From: an uncultured Acidobacteriota bacterium
Lineage (GTDB): Bacteria > Acidobacteriota > Vicinamibacteria > Fen-336
Assembly: GCA_963720545.1 (NCBI GenBank)
Contig: OY970399.1
Coordinates: 3,360,001-3,424,000, forward strand
DNA length: 64,000 nt
Direction of reading: 5' to 3'
Shown here: piece by piece, positions 13,757 to 23,107 of the stretch
Layout of the letters: every line of letters begins with the position of its first letter
Position numbering within the stretch: position 1 is the stretch's first letter
Program-made: the position numbers and the translations under genes
Notes under the pieces: generated by a model
Told to the model about the DNA's origin: nothing
Databases searched by the model: none
The model's input: the letters and a program-made list of their open reading frames with translations, nothing else

Positions 13757-14665
13757 TCAGGCGCGGTTGGGGCGGCCGACTCCGGGCGCCAGGCGCTCGC
13801 GCCAGACGTCGCGGCGGAAGCGGAACAGCTCGGCGGGCCGGCCGGCGGTGCGCGCCGCGAACTTGCCGGTGCCTTCCACGAGCCCGGCGGTGGCCATCAG
13901 CCTGCGGAAGTTCTGCTTGTGCAGCCGATATCCGGCGAGCGCTTCCACCAGCCGCTGCAGCTGCAGCAGCGTGAAGGCGCGCGGCAGCAGCTCGAACACC
14001 ACCGGCCGGTACCGGATCTTGCCGCGCAGCCGTCCCAGCGCCGTGGCCAGGATGCGGCGGTGGTCGAGGTCGAGCGGCTCGCCGGCCAGCGAGCGCGTGG
14101 CTTCGGAAAGGAGCCGCGCTTCGTAGAGCAACTCGTAGCGCTCGAGAACGCGGTCGGCGTCCCACGAAGCGCCGCGCAGGCCGAAGGCGACGTCGATACG
14201 CTCGCGGCGCAGCGCGCGCGCCTTCTGTTCCTTCTCCTGACGGGTCCACGCATCGAGCGCCGCGGTCAGCGGCTTGAGCGCGGCGGTGCGGCGTTCGCGT
14301 CCGTCCTCCCAGGGAAGGAAGTCGTAGATGTTGCGCCAATGCGCTTCGCCGCCACCGCCGAGCGCGCCCTCGCGGACCAGCGCGAGGTAGGCGACCGAGA
14401 TCAGGCGCTGGCCATCGGCCGACGGCCCGAGACGGTCGCGGTCGCCGAACGTGTAAAGCTGCTCGACGTAGCCGAGCTCGAGCCCGGACTGCTGGCGCAC
14501 CCAGGAGCGCAGGCCGAGGTCGAGCGTGCGGTCGCCGGCCGGATCGAGCGGACCGAAGGGCAAGGCGCCCGGATGGCCCCTGCGGCTCACGATGAGGACA
14601 CGCGGCTCGTCATCGGTGACGGCGACGACCACGGCGCTCAGCCCGATGACGACGCTCTCAGCCAA
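13757..14665 (-). CDS. nadQ: NAD-responsive Nudix-related transcriptional regulator (NadQ/NrtR family)
   Basis: Degenerate Nudix domain (LPFGPLDP, GYVEQLYTFGDRDR) plus C-terminal wHTH (FTLLQLQ..VEA..G..LHKQNFRR, GRPAELFRF). Lies directly upstream of nadA. Confidence 0.88.
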   Translation of the reverse strand: MAESVVIGLSAVVVAVTDDEPRVLIVSRRGHPGALPFGPLDPAGDRTLDLGLRSWVRQQSGLELGYVEQLYTFGDRDRLGPSADGQRLISVAYLALVREGALGGGGEAHWRNIYDFLPWEDGRERRTAALKPLTAALDAWTRQEKEQKARALRRERIDVAFGLRGASWDADRVLERYELLYEARLLSEATRSLAGEPLDLDHRRILATALGRLRGKIRYRPVVFELLPRAFTLLQLQRLVEALAGYRLHKQNFRRLMATAGLVEGTGKFAARTAGRPAELFRFRRDVWRERLAPGVGRPNRA

Positions 14666-14667
14666 GC

Positions 14668-15420
14668 TCAGTCCTTCTTCGCCCCTTGCTTCGCCACCGC
14701 CTGGGCGGCGCGCTTCACGGCTTCAGGATCGCCGAGGTAGAAGTGCCGCACCGGCTTCAGGCCGGCATCGAGCTCGTAGACGAGCGGCACGCCGGTTGGA
14801 ATGTTGAGCTCGGTGATCTCCTGCTCGGAGATGCCGTCGAGATACATCACCAGCGCGCGGAGGCTGTTGCCGTGCGCGGCGACCAGCACCCGCTGGCCGG
14901 CCCGCAGCGCCGGCGCAATGGTCTCGTGCCAATAGGGAAGGAAGCGCGCGACGGTGTCCTTCAACGACTCTGTGAGCGGCGCGCTGATGCCGGCGCCGAG
15001 ATTCTGGTAGCGCGCGTCGCGGCCTTCATAGCGCTCGTCGTCCCGAGCGAGCGGCGGCGGCGGGTCGCCGTAGCTGCGGCGCCAGACCTTCACCTGCGCC
15101 TCGCCGAACTTCGCCGCGGTCTCGGCCTTGTTCAGTCCCTGCAAAGCGCCGTAGTGGCGCTCGTTGAGGCGCCAGGTTGGAAACACCGGCAGCCACATGA
15201 GGTCCATCTCGTCCAGGGCGATCCAGAGCGTGCGGATGGCGCGCTTGAGGAGCGACGTGTACGCGAGGTCGAAGGTGTAGCCGCCCGCGCGCAGCAGCCG
15301 GCCGGCTTCGCGCGCCTCCTCGCGCCCCTTCGGCGAGAGGTCCACGTCGGTCCAGCCCGTGAAGCGGTTCTCGAGGTTCCATTGGCTTTCGCCGTGACGC
15401 AGCAGCACGAGTGTGGGCAT
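14668..15420 (-). CDS. gpmA: 2,3-bisphosphoglycerate-dependent phosphoglycerate mutase
   Basis: [33 protein letters not shown] and NIPTG. Confidence 0.97.
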   Translation of the reverse strand: MPTLVLLRHGESQWNLENRFTGWTDVDLSPKGREEAREAGRLLRAGGYTFDLAYTSLLKRAIRTLWIALDEMDLMWLPVFPTWRLNERHYGALQGLNKAETAAKFGEAQVKVWRRSYGDPPPPLARDDERYEGRDARYQNLGAGISAPLTESLKDTVARFLPYWHETIAPALRAGQRVLVAAHGNSLRALVMYLDGISEQEITELNIPTGVPLVYELDAGLKPVRHFYLGDPEAVKRAAQAVAKQGAKKD

Positions 15421-15429
15421 GTGCAGCGC

Positions 15430-15439
15430 AGTTTAAACT
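15430..15439. promoter_or_regulatory. Bidirectional -10 element between gpmA and the MFS gene
   Basis: Palindrome AGTTTAAACT gives TAAACT on both strands, 9 nt and 12 nt from the two divergent start codons. Confidence 0.5.
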
Positions 15440-15451
15440 TCGCGCACCCGA

Positions 15452-16708
15452 ATGCTTCGCAATCCGCTGGCGCTGCTGCGAAGCTTGCCGCCGACCGTGC
15501 GTGTGCTGGTCTACGGCACCTTCGTCAACAAGCTCGGCACCTTCATCATCCCGTTCCTGACGCTGGTGTTGCGCCGCGAATTCCGCCTGAGCGAAGCGCA
15601 AACCGGGCTCGCGATCTTTGCCTACGGCGCCGGCTCGATCGTCTCCATACTCACCGGCGGCTACCTCTCGGACCGGCTCGGGCGGCGGCGCACGCTGCTC
15701 ATCAGCCTCTGCGGCAGCGGCATCCTGGCGGTCGCGATGGGCTTCGCGCCGTCGCTCGGCGTCTTCAGCGTGCTGCTGCTCTTATTCGGCTTCGTCGCCG
15801 ACCTCTACCGGCCCGCGTCGTCGGCGATCGTCGGGGACCTGCTGCCGTCGGCGCGGCGGCCGGTGGGCTTCGCGGCGCTGCGGGTCGCGATCAACCTCGG
15901 CTTTGCCGGCGGCATGGCGCTCGGCGGCTTCCTCGCCGACGCCAACTGGCGCATCCTGTTCTGGGCCGACGGCGCCACGACACTCGCGTTCGGCGCGGTC
16001 GTGTTCCTGACGATCCCCGACACGCGCCCCGCCGTGACGCTCGAGAACGCCGCCCGCGGCGCGCTCGGCGCGGGACCGTGGCGCGACCGCGTCTTTCACC
16101 TGGCACTCGTGTCGTCGTTCGTCTTCGCGATCGGCATGTTCGCCGACCTCACCATCCTGCCCCTGACGCTGAGCCAGTCCGCGGGCTATCCGTCGTACGT
16201 CTACGGCAGCCTGCTGGCCATGAACGGCCTGGTGGTGGGACTGCTCGAGATTCCGGCGGCGGCGTGGCTGCGGCGTTACCGGCGCCTGCGCGTCGCCGCC
16301 CTCGGCATGGCGTGCGGCGGCCTCGGCATCGGCATGACCGGCCTCGATTTCCACTGGGCGTGGCTCGCGCTCTCGATCCTGGTCTGGACGGTGGGCGAGG
16401 TGCTGACCATGCCGCAGCACATGGCGTTCGTCGCCGACTGGTCGCCGCCGGCGGCGCGCGGGCGCTATCTCGGGCTCTACAGCGCCACCTGGAGTCTGGG
16501 CCTGGCGCTCAACCCCATCGTGTTCCTGCCGCTGCACTCGCGCCTGTCGGAAGGTGCTTTCTGGCTGGTGATGGGCGTCGTCGCGTTCGCACCCGCGCTC
16601 TTGTGCCTGCACCTCGACCGCCATGCCGACCGGCCCGAGCTGTTGCGCGGCGCCGATCACGGGCCGCTGAGCGAAGCGGCGATCATTCCCGACAGGCCCG
16701 AGGGCTAG
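15452..16708 (+). CDS. MFS transporter
   Basis: About 12 hydrophobic segments; MFS motif A GYLSDRLGRR. Confidence 0.9.
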   Translation: MLRNPLALLRSLPPTVRVLVYGTFVNKLGTFIIPFLTLVLRREFRLSEAQTGLAIFAYGAGSIVSILTGGYLSDRLGRRRTLLISLCGSGILAVAMGFAPSLGVFSVLLLLFGFVADLYRPASSAIVGDLLPSARRPVGFAALRVAINLGFAGGMALGGFLADANWRILFWADGATTLAFGAVVFLTIPDTRPAVTLENAARGALGAGPWRDRVFHLALVSSFVFAIGMFADLTILPLTLSQSAGYPSYVYGSLLAMNGLVVGLLEIPAAAWLRRYRRLRVAALGMACGGLGIGMTGLDFHWAWLALSILVWTVGEVLTMPQHMAFVADWSPPAARGRYLGLYSATWSLGLALNPIVFLPLHSRLSEGAFWLVMGVVAFAPALLCLHLDRHADRPELLRGADHGPLSEAAIIPDRPEG

Positions 16709-16719
16709 AATCCGTCACC

Positions 16720-17559
16720 GTGAACCGAGTCGCGATCTACGGCGCCGGCGAAGTGGGCGCGACCACGGCGCGGCGGCTCGCGGAACTCGAGTTGTGCCGC
16801 AGCATCGTGCTCGTCGATTCCGACGAAGGGCGCGCCCGCGGCAAGGCGCTCGACCTGATGCAGTCGGGCCCGGTCGAGGGTTACGACACGGCTTTGTCGG
16901 GCGTGAGCGTGCTGGAGGCGGCGGGCGAGTGCGACGCGGTGATTCTCGCCGACGGGCCGCTTTTCTCCGGTACGACACCGGAGCTGCCGTCGGCGCTGCT
17001 CGAGCTGGCGCGCTCGGTGTCGCGCGTGACCGGCGGGCCGGTGCTCGCGGCACTCCCCGAATGCGCGGCGTTCCTCGAGACGGCGGTTCGTTCCGGGCAG
17101 CCGCGCGACCGCGTGATGGGCACGGCCGGCATCGCTTTCGCCGGCGCCGTGCGGGCCGCGCTCGCTGCGGGGCTCGACGCGCGGCCGGTGGACATCGCGT
17201 TGTGCGTGCTCGGCAGGCCGCCGGCGGACGGCATGGTGCCGATCGAGTCGGCCACCTGCGCCGGCATCCGCGTCGACGCGCTCTCGCCTTCGGCGCTGCG
17301 CCGTGCGCTCGAGTCGGCGCGCAAGCATGTGGCCGGCCCGGTGGCGCTGGCCGCCGCCGCCGCGCGCGCGCTCGCCGGTTTGCAGGGCGGCGCGACGACC
17401 TTGTCGCTCACAGTGGTGCTGGACGGCGAGTACGGCCATCGCGGCATCGCGCTCACGGTACCGGCGCGCCTCGCCAACGGCCGCATCGAACGCGTGGTGG
17501 AGATTGCGCTGCAGCCGGTAGACCGCGTCGCGTTCGACCGCGCCGCGTCGCGTCGCTGA
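16720..17559 (+). CDS. Malate/lactate dehydrogenase-like protein lacking catalytic residues
   Basis: IYGAGEVG Rossmann motif, GKALDL and LDGEYG..G..L.VPARL are retained; the active-site motifs are degenerate. Confidence 0.75.
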   Translation: MNRVAIYGAGEVGATTARRLAELELCRSIVLVDSDEGRARGKALDLMQSGPVEGYDTALSGVSVLEAAGECDAVILADGPLFSGTTPELPSALLELARSVSRVTGGPVLAALPECAAFLETAVRSGQPRDRVMGTAGIAFAGAVRAALAAGLDARPVDIALCVLGRPPADGMVPIESATCAGIRVDALSPSALRRALESARKHVAGPVALAAAAARALAGLQGGATTLSLTVVLDGEYGHRGIALTVPARLANGRIERVVEIALQPVDRVAFDRAASRR

Positions 17560-17576
17560 CGACGGCCTGCGGCGCG

Positions 17577-18131
17577 CTACAACAGCGCGGGCTTGAGGTC
17601 GGCGTGCGCGGACGAGATCACGACGCGCGCGATCAGCATGCCTTCCTTGCGCACCGACGCGGCGCCGGCGGCGACGGCCGCCTCGACCGCGGCGACGTCG
17701 CCGGTGAGCACCACCAGGCCCTTGCCGCCCGGCTGGTTGCGTGCCTCGATGAGGGTGACGGCGGCCGCCTTCACCGCGGCGTCGCCGGCGAAGATGGCGG
17801 AGGCCACTTCCTTCGTTTCGATGATGCCGACGGCGCCGATCTGCGGCACCGCGACGCGGCCCTTGATGGCCGCGGCGAGCTGCGGGTCGGCATTCTGGAT
17901 GATGAAGTCGTCGAGCAGCGTTGCGGCTGCCGTCTCGCGGCCGGCGCTGAGCGAAGCCTCGACGTCGGCGACATTGCCGCCGATCATGATGAGGTACTTG
18001 CCGCGCGGCACGATGGTGGTGAGCAGCAGGTCCACCGATGCCCGCTTCAGCATCGCGTCCACGGCTTCGATGCCCTTGGCGATCGACGACGTCTCGATGA
18101 AGCCGATGGCCGGCCCGCTCTTCTCTTTCAT
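17577..18131 (-). CDS. Tandem BMC-domain shell protein (BMC-T, PduT-like)
   Basis: Two BMC domains: AIGFIETSSIAKGIEAVDAMLK and AVGIIETKEVASAIFAGDAAVKAA..GGKG..LTGDVAAVEAAV. Confidence 0.9.
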   Translation of the reverse strand: MKEKSGPAIGFIETSSIAKGIEAVDAMLKRASVDLLLTTIVPRGKYLIMIGGNVADVEASLSAGRETAAATLLDDFIIQNADPQLAAAIKGRVAVPQIGAVGIIETKEVASAIFAGDAAVKAAAVTLIEARNQPGGKGLVVLTGDVAAVEAAVAAGAASVRKEGMLIARVVISSAHADLKPALL

Positions 18132-18166
18132 GGCGGGAGTGTAGCGCTTGTTGGCCTCCCGGCCTT

Positions 18167-19051
18167 GTGGGACGATGCCCGGCGTTGACCAGCCCCGAAG
18201 AAGACCCTGCGCTGCGTGCCGCGTTCGCCCACTGCGAGCGGATCGCGCGCGCCCATTACGAGAACTTTCCCGTGGGGCTGTTCGTCCCCAGGGCGAGCCA
18301 GAAGTACGTGCACTCGCTCTATGCCTTTGCCCGCACCGCCGACGATTTCGTGGACGAGCCCGAATACGCCGCGGTGCGCGCGGAAAAGCTCGCGGACTGG
18401 CAGCAGCGCCTCGACGCAACGTATGCGGGGCGGCCCGACGGCCCGATCTTCGTGGCGCTCGGCGAAACAGTGCGCAAGCTCGGCATCGACAAGCGCCTGC
18501 TCGACGACCTGCTCAGCGCCTTTCGCCAGGACACGGTGAAGAGCCGCTACGCCGACTGGGAAGAGCTGCGCGATTATTGCCGGCGCTCCGCCGACCCCGT
18601 AGGGCGCCTGGTGCTGCTGGTGTTCGGCTACCGCGACCCTTCTCTGGCGCGCAGCGCCGATGCGCTGTGCACGGCGTTGCAGCTTGCGAACCATTGGCAG
18701 GATCTCGGCATCGACCTCGCGCGCGACCGCATCTACGTGCCGCAACAGATCCTCGCGCGGCATGGCGTCGACGAAGCCGCGCTGCGTGCGCACCGTGCCG
18801 ACGAACCGTTTCGCGCGCTGATGCAGGAGCTCGTCGCCCGCACCCGCGAGCTGTTCACGATCGCGCGGCCGCTCTGCGACCGGGTCGGCCGCGACCTGCG
18901 CTTCGAGCTGCGGCTCACGTGGCTCGGCGGCTCGGGCATCCTCGACCGCATCGAAGTCGCCGGCTACGACGTGTTCAGGCGCCGGCCGCATCACAACCTG
19001 GCGGCGAAGCTGCGGCTCGCATGGCACGCGTGGCGCTGGCGGGCGGCGTGA
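18167..19051 (+). CDS. hpnC: Squalene synthase-like hydroxysqualene synthase
   Basis: HYENFPV, YAFARTADDFVDE, YCRRSADPVGR and ALQLANHWQD. Confidence 0.9.
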   Translation: MGRCPALTSPEEDPALRAAFAHCERIARAHYENFPVGLFVPRASQKYVHSLYAFARTADDFVDEPEYAAVRAEKLADWQQRLDATYAGRPDGPIFVALGETVRKLGIDKRLLDDLLSAFRQDTVKSRYADWEELRDYCRRSADPVGRLVLLVFGYRDPSLARSADALCTALQLANHWQDLGIDLARDRIYVPQQILARHGVDEAALRAHRADEPFRALMQELVARTRELFTIARPLCDRVGRDLRFELRLTWLGGSGILDRIEVAGYDVFRRRPHHNLAAKLRLAWHAWRWRAA

Positions 19052-19055
19052 ACGC

Positions 19056-19904
19056 ATGAACGCCTCGCCGAGCGCCATGGTGACGCGCCGCAGCGGCACC
19101 AGCTTCTACGCCGCGTTCGTCATGCTTCCGCCGGCCAAGCGGCGCGCGCTCGAGGCGCTCTATGCCTTCTGCCGCATCGTCGACGACTGTGTGGACGACG
19201 CCCGGGGCGCCGGGGCGCCCGGTCTCGACCGCTGGAGCGCCGAAGTGGACGCGGCTTTCGCCGGCCGCGACCCGCGCACCGAGATCGGCCGCGCGATCGC
19301 GGCGGCGCTGGAACGCTTTCCCATGCCGCGCGCCAGCTTCCGCGACGTCATCGAGGGCTGCCGAATGGACCTCGCGCCGCGCGCCTACCAGACGTTCGAC
19401 GACCTGCGCGTCTACTGCGAACGGGTCGCGTCGGCGGTGGGCCTCGCCGCCATCGAGATCTTCGGCTACCGCGATCCGCAGACGAAGGAGTATGCGCGCG
19501 AGCTGGGTGTGGCGCTGCAGCTCATCAACATCGTGCGCGACCTCGGCGGCGATGCGCTCGCGGGCCGCGTCTACGTCCCCGGCGACGACCTCGACGCGCA
19601 GTTGCTGACGCGCGAAACGTTTCGCGCGGCGGCATCGGGCAGCGCCCCGCGCACGCCCGCCGTAGACCGAGTGGTCGCGGCACAGGCCGAGCGCGCCCTG
19701 AGCCAATACCGGCACGCGCAGTCGCTGCTGCCGGCCGCCGACCGTCGCAGCATGCTGCCGGCACAGGTGATGGCAGCCACCTATCGCGAGATCCTCGCGC
19801 GGCTCGCCGCGCGCGGCTACCCGTTCGGCGAGCGCCTGCGCCTCAACCGCCTTGCCAAGGCGCGTGTCGCCCTGCGCACTGTCGCGAGCGAGATGTTCGC
19901 GTGA
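19056..19904 (+). CDS. hpnD: Presqualene diphosphate synthase
   Basis: SGTSFY, YAFCRIVDDCVD, YCERVASAVG, ALQLINIVRD and GRVYVP; sits between hpnC and hpnE. Confidence 0.88.
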   Translation: MNASPSAMVTRRSGTSFYAAFVMLPPAKRRALEALYAFCRIVDDCVDDARGAGAPGLDRWSAEVDAAFAGRDPRTEIGRAIAAALERFPMPRASFRDVIEGCRMDLAPRAYQTFDDLRVYCERVASAVGLAAIEIFGYRDPQTKEYARELGVALQLINIVRDLGGDALAGRVYVPGDDLDAQLLTRETFRAAASGSAPRTPAVDRVVAAQAERALSQYRHAQSLLPAADRRSMLPAQVMAATYREILARLAARGYPFGERLRLNRLAKARVALRTVASEMFA

Positions 19905-21352
19905 AGGTGGCGGTGGTCGGCGCCGGGTTCGCGGGCATGGCCGCTGCCATCGCGCTGCAGGAGGCCGGCCACGAGGTGGTGCTGCTGGAGCGCCGCGGCG
20001 TGCTGGGCGGCCGCGCCACCTCCTATCGCGATGCGCTGTCGGGTGAAGAGGTGGATAACGGCACGCACCTGATGGTCGGCGCCTACACCGCCACGCGCGA
20101 GCTCGCGGCCCGCGCCGGGGCCGCGGACCTCCTCGAACTGCAGCCGAACCTGCGGATCGACTTCATCGACGACGCCGGCCTGCGGACGCTTCGGTGTCCG
20201 GCCCTGCCTGCGCCCTTCCACCTGCTGGCCGGCCTTTTCTCGTTCGACATCAGCTGGCGCGCCCGCCGTGACGCCGCGCGCCTCGCGTGGGCCGCGCGCT
20301 TCGGCAAGCCGCCCGTGGGCCTGACCGCCGACCAATGGTTCGAGGCGACCGGGCAGGGCGAGGAGATCCGCACCGCGCTGTGGGATCCGCTGGTTCGCGC
20401 CATAGTCAATGAGGATACGCAGTGCGCCGCCGCCATCCTCTTCTACAACGTGTTCCGCGAGACCTTCCTCCGCGGCCGCGCCGCATCGTCGCTGCTGTTC
20501 CTCAAGGCAGGCTTCGCCGTGCTTCACGAGCGGCTCGCCGCGCATTTCGTGGCGCGCGGCGGGGTGCTGCGCCGGCGCGCCACCGCGCTCGCGGTGCAGG
20601 CGCGAGACGGGCGCGTTTGCTCTGTCCTCGTCAGGCAGGGCGCCGCGGGCCGCGCGTCGATCCTGGCCGGCGCCGGCGGCGGCCGGCTGCAGCTCGACGC
20701 CGATGCGGTGGTGCTTGCGGTACCGCACTCCGCGGTGCGCCGCCTGGTGCCTGAAGAGTTCCGCATCGTCCGGCCGTTCGACCTGCTCGACAGCTTCGGC
20801 GGCGCGCCAATCGTCTCGGTGGACGTCTGGATCGATCGCCTCGCGGTGCCATACCCCATGGTCGGCTTGCGCGACGAAACCTTCGAATGGGTGTTCGACA
20901 AGGGTCGCGCGTTCGGCCGCAGCGGGCTGCCGCAGCACCTCTCGCTCCTCATCAGCGCGGCGCACGACGCCTGCGCGCGCCCCAATGCCGACCTGGTGGC
21001 CGGCGCCGAGCATGCGCTGCGCCGCTACTTCCCCGGGATGAGCGGGGTGCGCATCGAGCGCTCGCTGGTGCTGCGTGAGCCGCTTGCCACCTTCGCCTCA
21101 CGTCCGCAGCTCGAAGCGCTGCGGCCGAAGGCGACGACACCCATCGGTGGGCTGTTCCTGGCCGGCGACTGGACGGCAACCGGGCTGCCGGCAACGATCG
21201 AGGGCGCCGTGCGCAGCGGCATCGAAGCCGCGCGACAGGCGTGCGCCTGGGAGCAGCAACTCGCATCACCATCAAGCAAGGAGAACGCCGCATGGACATG
21301 GAGCCAGGAAGCCGAATCCGCACCCGCAGCCGGAGCCGAGCGCTCGGCGTGA
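19901..21352 (+). CDS. hpnE: Hydroxysqualene dehydroxylase (FAD-dependent)
   Basis: GAGFAG, LGGRATS, DNGTHL and AGDWTATGLPATIEGAVRSG. Confidence 0.9.
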   Translation: MKVAVVGAGFAGMAAAIALQEAGHEVVLLERRGVLGGRATSYRDALSGEEVDNGTHLMVGAYTATRELAARAGAADLLELQPNLRIDFIDDAGLRTLRCPALPAPFHLLAGLFSFDISWRARRDAARLAWAARFGKPPVGLTADQWFEATGQGEEIRTALWDPLVRAIVNEDTQCAAAILFYNVFRETFLRGRAASSLLFLKAGFAVLHERLAAHFVARGGVLRRRATALAVQARDGRVCSVLVRQGAAGRASILAGAGGGRLQLDADAVVLAVPHSAVRRLVPEEFRIVRPFDLLDSFGGAPIVSVDVWIDRLAVPYPMVGLRDETFEWVFDKGRAFGRSGLPQHLSLLISAAHDACARPNADLVAGAEHALRRYFPGMSGVRIERSLVLREPLATFASRPQLEALRPKATTPIGGLFLAGDWTATGLPATIEGAVRSGIEAARQACAWEQQLASPSSKENAAWTWSQEAESAPAAGAERSA

Positions 21353-22989
21353 TGTTCCTCGCCGCCGCGGCCGCCGGCACGGCGCAGGGCGGCGACCGCG
21401 AGCAGGGCCGCTCGCTGGTGATGAGCAAGGGCGGCATCGTCGCGAGCGAGCACCCGCTCGCGTCGCAGGCAGGTGCCGCGATCCTGGCGAACGGCGGCAA
21501 CGCCATCGACGCGGCGGTCGCGGCGAACGCTGTGATGGGCCTGGTGGCGCCAATGAGCAACGGCATCGGCGGCGACCTGTTCGCGATCGTCTACGACGCG
21601 AAGACGAAGAAGACCTACGGCCTGAACGCGAGCGGCTGGGCGCCGAAGGGGCAGTCGCGCGATCGCCTCGCGGCGGCGGGCCACAAGGAAATGCCCGCGG
21701 ACGGGATCGAGACGGTGACGGTGCCGGGCGCGGTGGACGGCTGGAGCAAGCTGCTGGCGCGCTTCGGCACGCAGCCGCTCGCCGCGGTGCTGGCGCCGGC
21801 GATCCGCATTGCCGACGACGGGTTCCCGGTGAGCGAGTGGGTGGCCGCGAACTGGCAAGGCCACGACAAGATCCTCAAAGGCAACGCCCTTGCGTTGTAC
21901 GTGCCGGGTGGCAAGGTGCCAGGCGTCGGCGACGTGTTTCGCAACCCCGACCTCGCGAACTCGCTGCGCGCCATCGCGAAGGGCGGCCGCGATGCCTACT
22001 ACAAGGGCGCCATCGCGCAGGCGATCGTCGCCGAGTCGCAGGCGCACCACGGCACCATGGACGCGGCCGACCTCGCCGAGTACGAGAGCGAGTGGGTGGA
22101 GCCGATCAGCACCACGTACCGCGGCTGGACCGTTTACGAGATTCCGCCGAACACGCAGGGCATTGCAGCTCTCGTGATGCTCAACATGATGGAAGGCATG
22201 CCGCTTGCGCAGTGGGGGCACAACTCCGCGCGCACGCTGCACAACCTCATCGAAGCGAAGAAGCTCGCGTACGCCGACATGATCCGCTACGTCGGCGATC
22301 CGCGAATGGCGGCAGTGCCATCCGCCGGGCTGCTTTCCAAGGAGTACGCGGCGGGCCGCGCCAGACTCATCGACCCGGCGAAGGCGGCGGCAGCCGCGAC
22401 CGCCGGCAGCGTGCGCGTCGGCAACGACACGATCTACCTCGCCACCGTGGACGGCGCCGGCAACATGGTGTCGCTGATCCAGAGCAACTACGAGAGCTAC
22501 GGCTTTGGCTCAGGTCTGGTGGCGGCCGGCACCGGCTTCTGCCTGCACAACCGCGGCGCCTTGTTCACGCTCGACGCGCACAGCCCGAACGTGATCGCAC
22601 CGCGCAAGCGGCCGCTGCACACCATCATTCCCGCGATGATGGAACGCGGCGAGGAGCGCATCGGCTTCGGCATCATGGGCGGCTACAACCAGGCACAGGC
22701 GCACGCGCAGTTCGTCTCGAACATCGTCGACCATGGCATGAACATCCAGGCGGCGATGGAAGCGGCGCGCTTCAACAAGTCCACGTTCGATGGGCTCGAC
22801 GTGCAGATCGAGGACCGCGTCGCGCCTGAAGCGAAGGCCGAGCTCACACGCCTCGGCCACCAGATCACGTGGCGCCACGGCTTCTCCTCGAACATGGGCG
22901 GCGGCCAGGCGGTGATGCGCAACTACAAGACCGGCGTCAACTCCGGCGCCTCCGACCCCCGCAAAGACGGCGCCGCCATCCCCCAGTAA
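21292..22989 (+). CDS. ggt: Secreted gamma-glutamyltransferase-family Ntn hydrolase
   Basis: AAGGAG RBS, signal peptide, GGNAIDAAVA, GIGGDLF, nucleophile motif DTIY, and SDPRKDG. Confidence 0.88.
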   Translation: MDMEPGSRIRTRSRSRALGVMFLAAAAAGTAQGGDREQGRSLVMSKGGIVASEHPLASQAGAAILANGGNAIDAAVAANAVMGLVAPMSNGIGGDLFAIVYDAKTKKTYGLNASGWAPKGQSRDRLAAAGHKEMPADGIETVTVPGAVDGWSKLLARFGTQPLAAVLAPAIRIADDGFPVSEWVAANWQGHDKILKGNALALYVPGGKVPGVGDVFRNPDLANSLRAIAKGGRDAYYKGAIAQAIVAESQAHHGTMDAADLAEYESEWVEPISTTYRGWTVYEIPPNTQGIAALVMLNMMEGMPLAQWGHNSARTLHNLIEAKKLAYADMIRYVGDPRMAAVPSAGLLSKEYAAGRARLIDPAKAAAAATAGSVRVGNDTIYLATVDGAGNMVSLIQSNYESYGFGSGLVAAGTGFCLHNRGALFTLDAHSPNVIAPRKRPLHTIIPAMMERGEERIGFGIMGGYNQAQAHAQFVSNIVDHGMNIQAAMEAARFNKSTFDGLDVQIEDRVAPEAKAELTRLGHQITWRHGFSSNMGGGQAVMRNYKTGVNSGASDPRKDGAAIPQ

Positions 22990-23033
22990 TCGACGGATTG
23001 GCTTGTCCGTCCCCGTCCAATCCGTCGATTTCC
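22988..23033 (+). repeat. Dispersed hairpin repeat, copy B (hairpin only)
   Basis: AATCGACGGATTGG (22988-23001), 15-nt loop, CCAATCCGTCGATT (23017-23030); overlaps the ggt stop codon. Confidence 0.9.
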
Positions 23034-23107
23034 TGCTTGAGGTGTCGCACGGTGCAGCGAAAGTTCCCTCGGTCGCAGCGCAAGCGTTGAGCTCCTCGGG
23101 AAAACGG

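Noticed and set aside
18167..21352. hpnCDE without squalene-hopene cyclase as a novel pathway
   Set aside because: shc is often encoded elsewhere; absence from a 64-kb window is uninformative.
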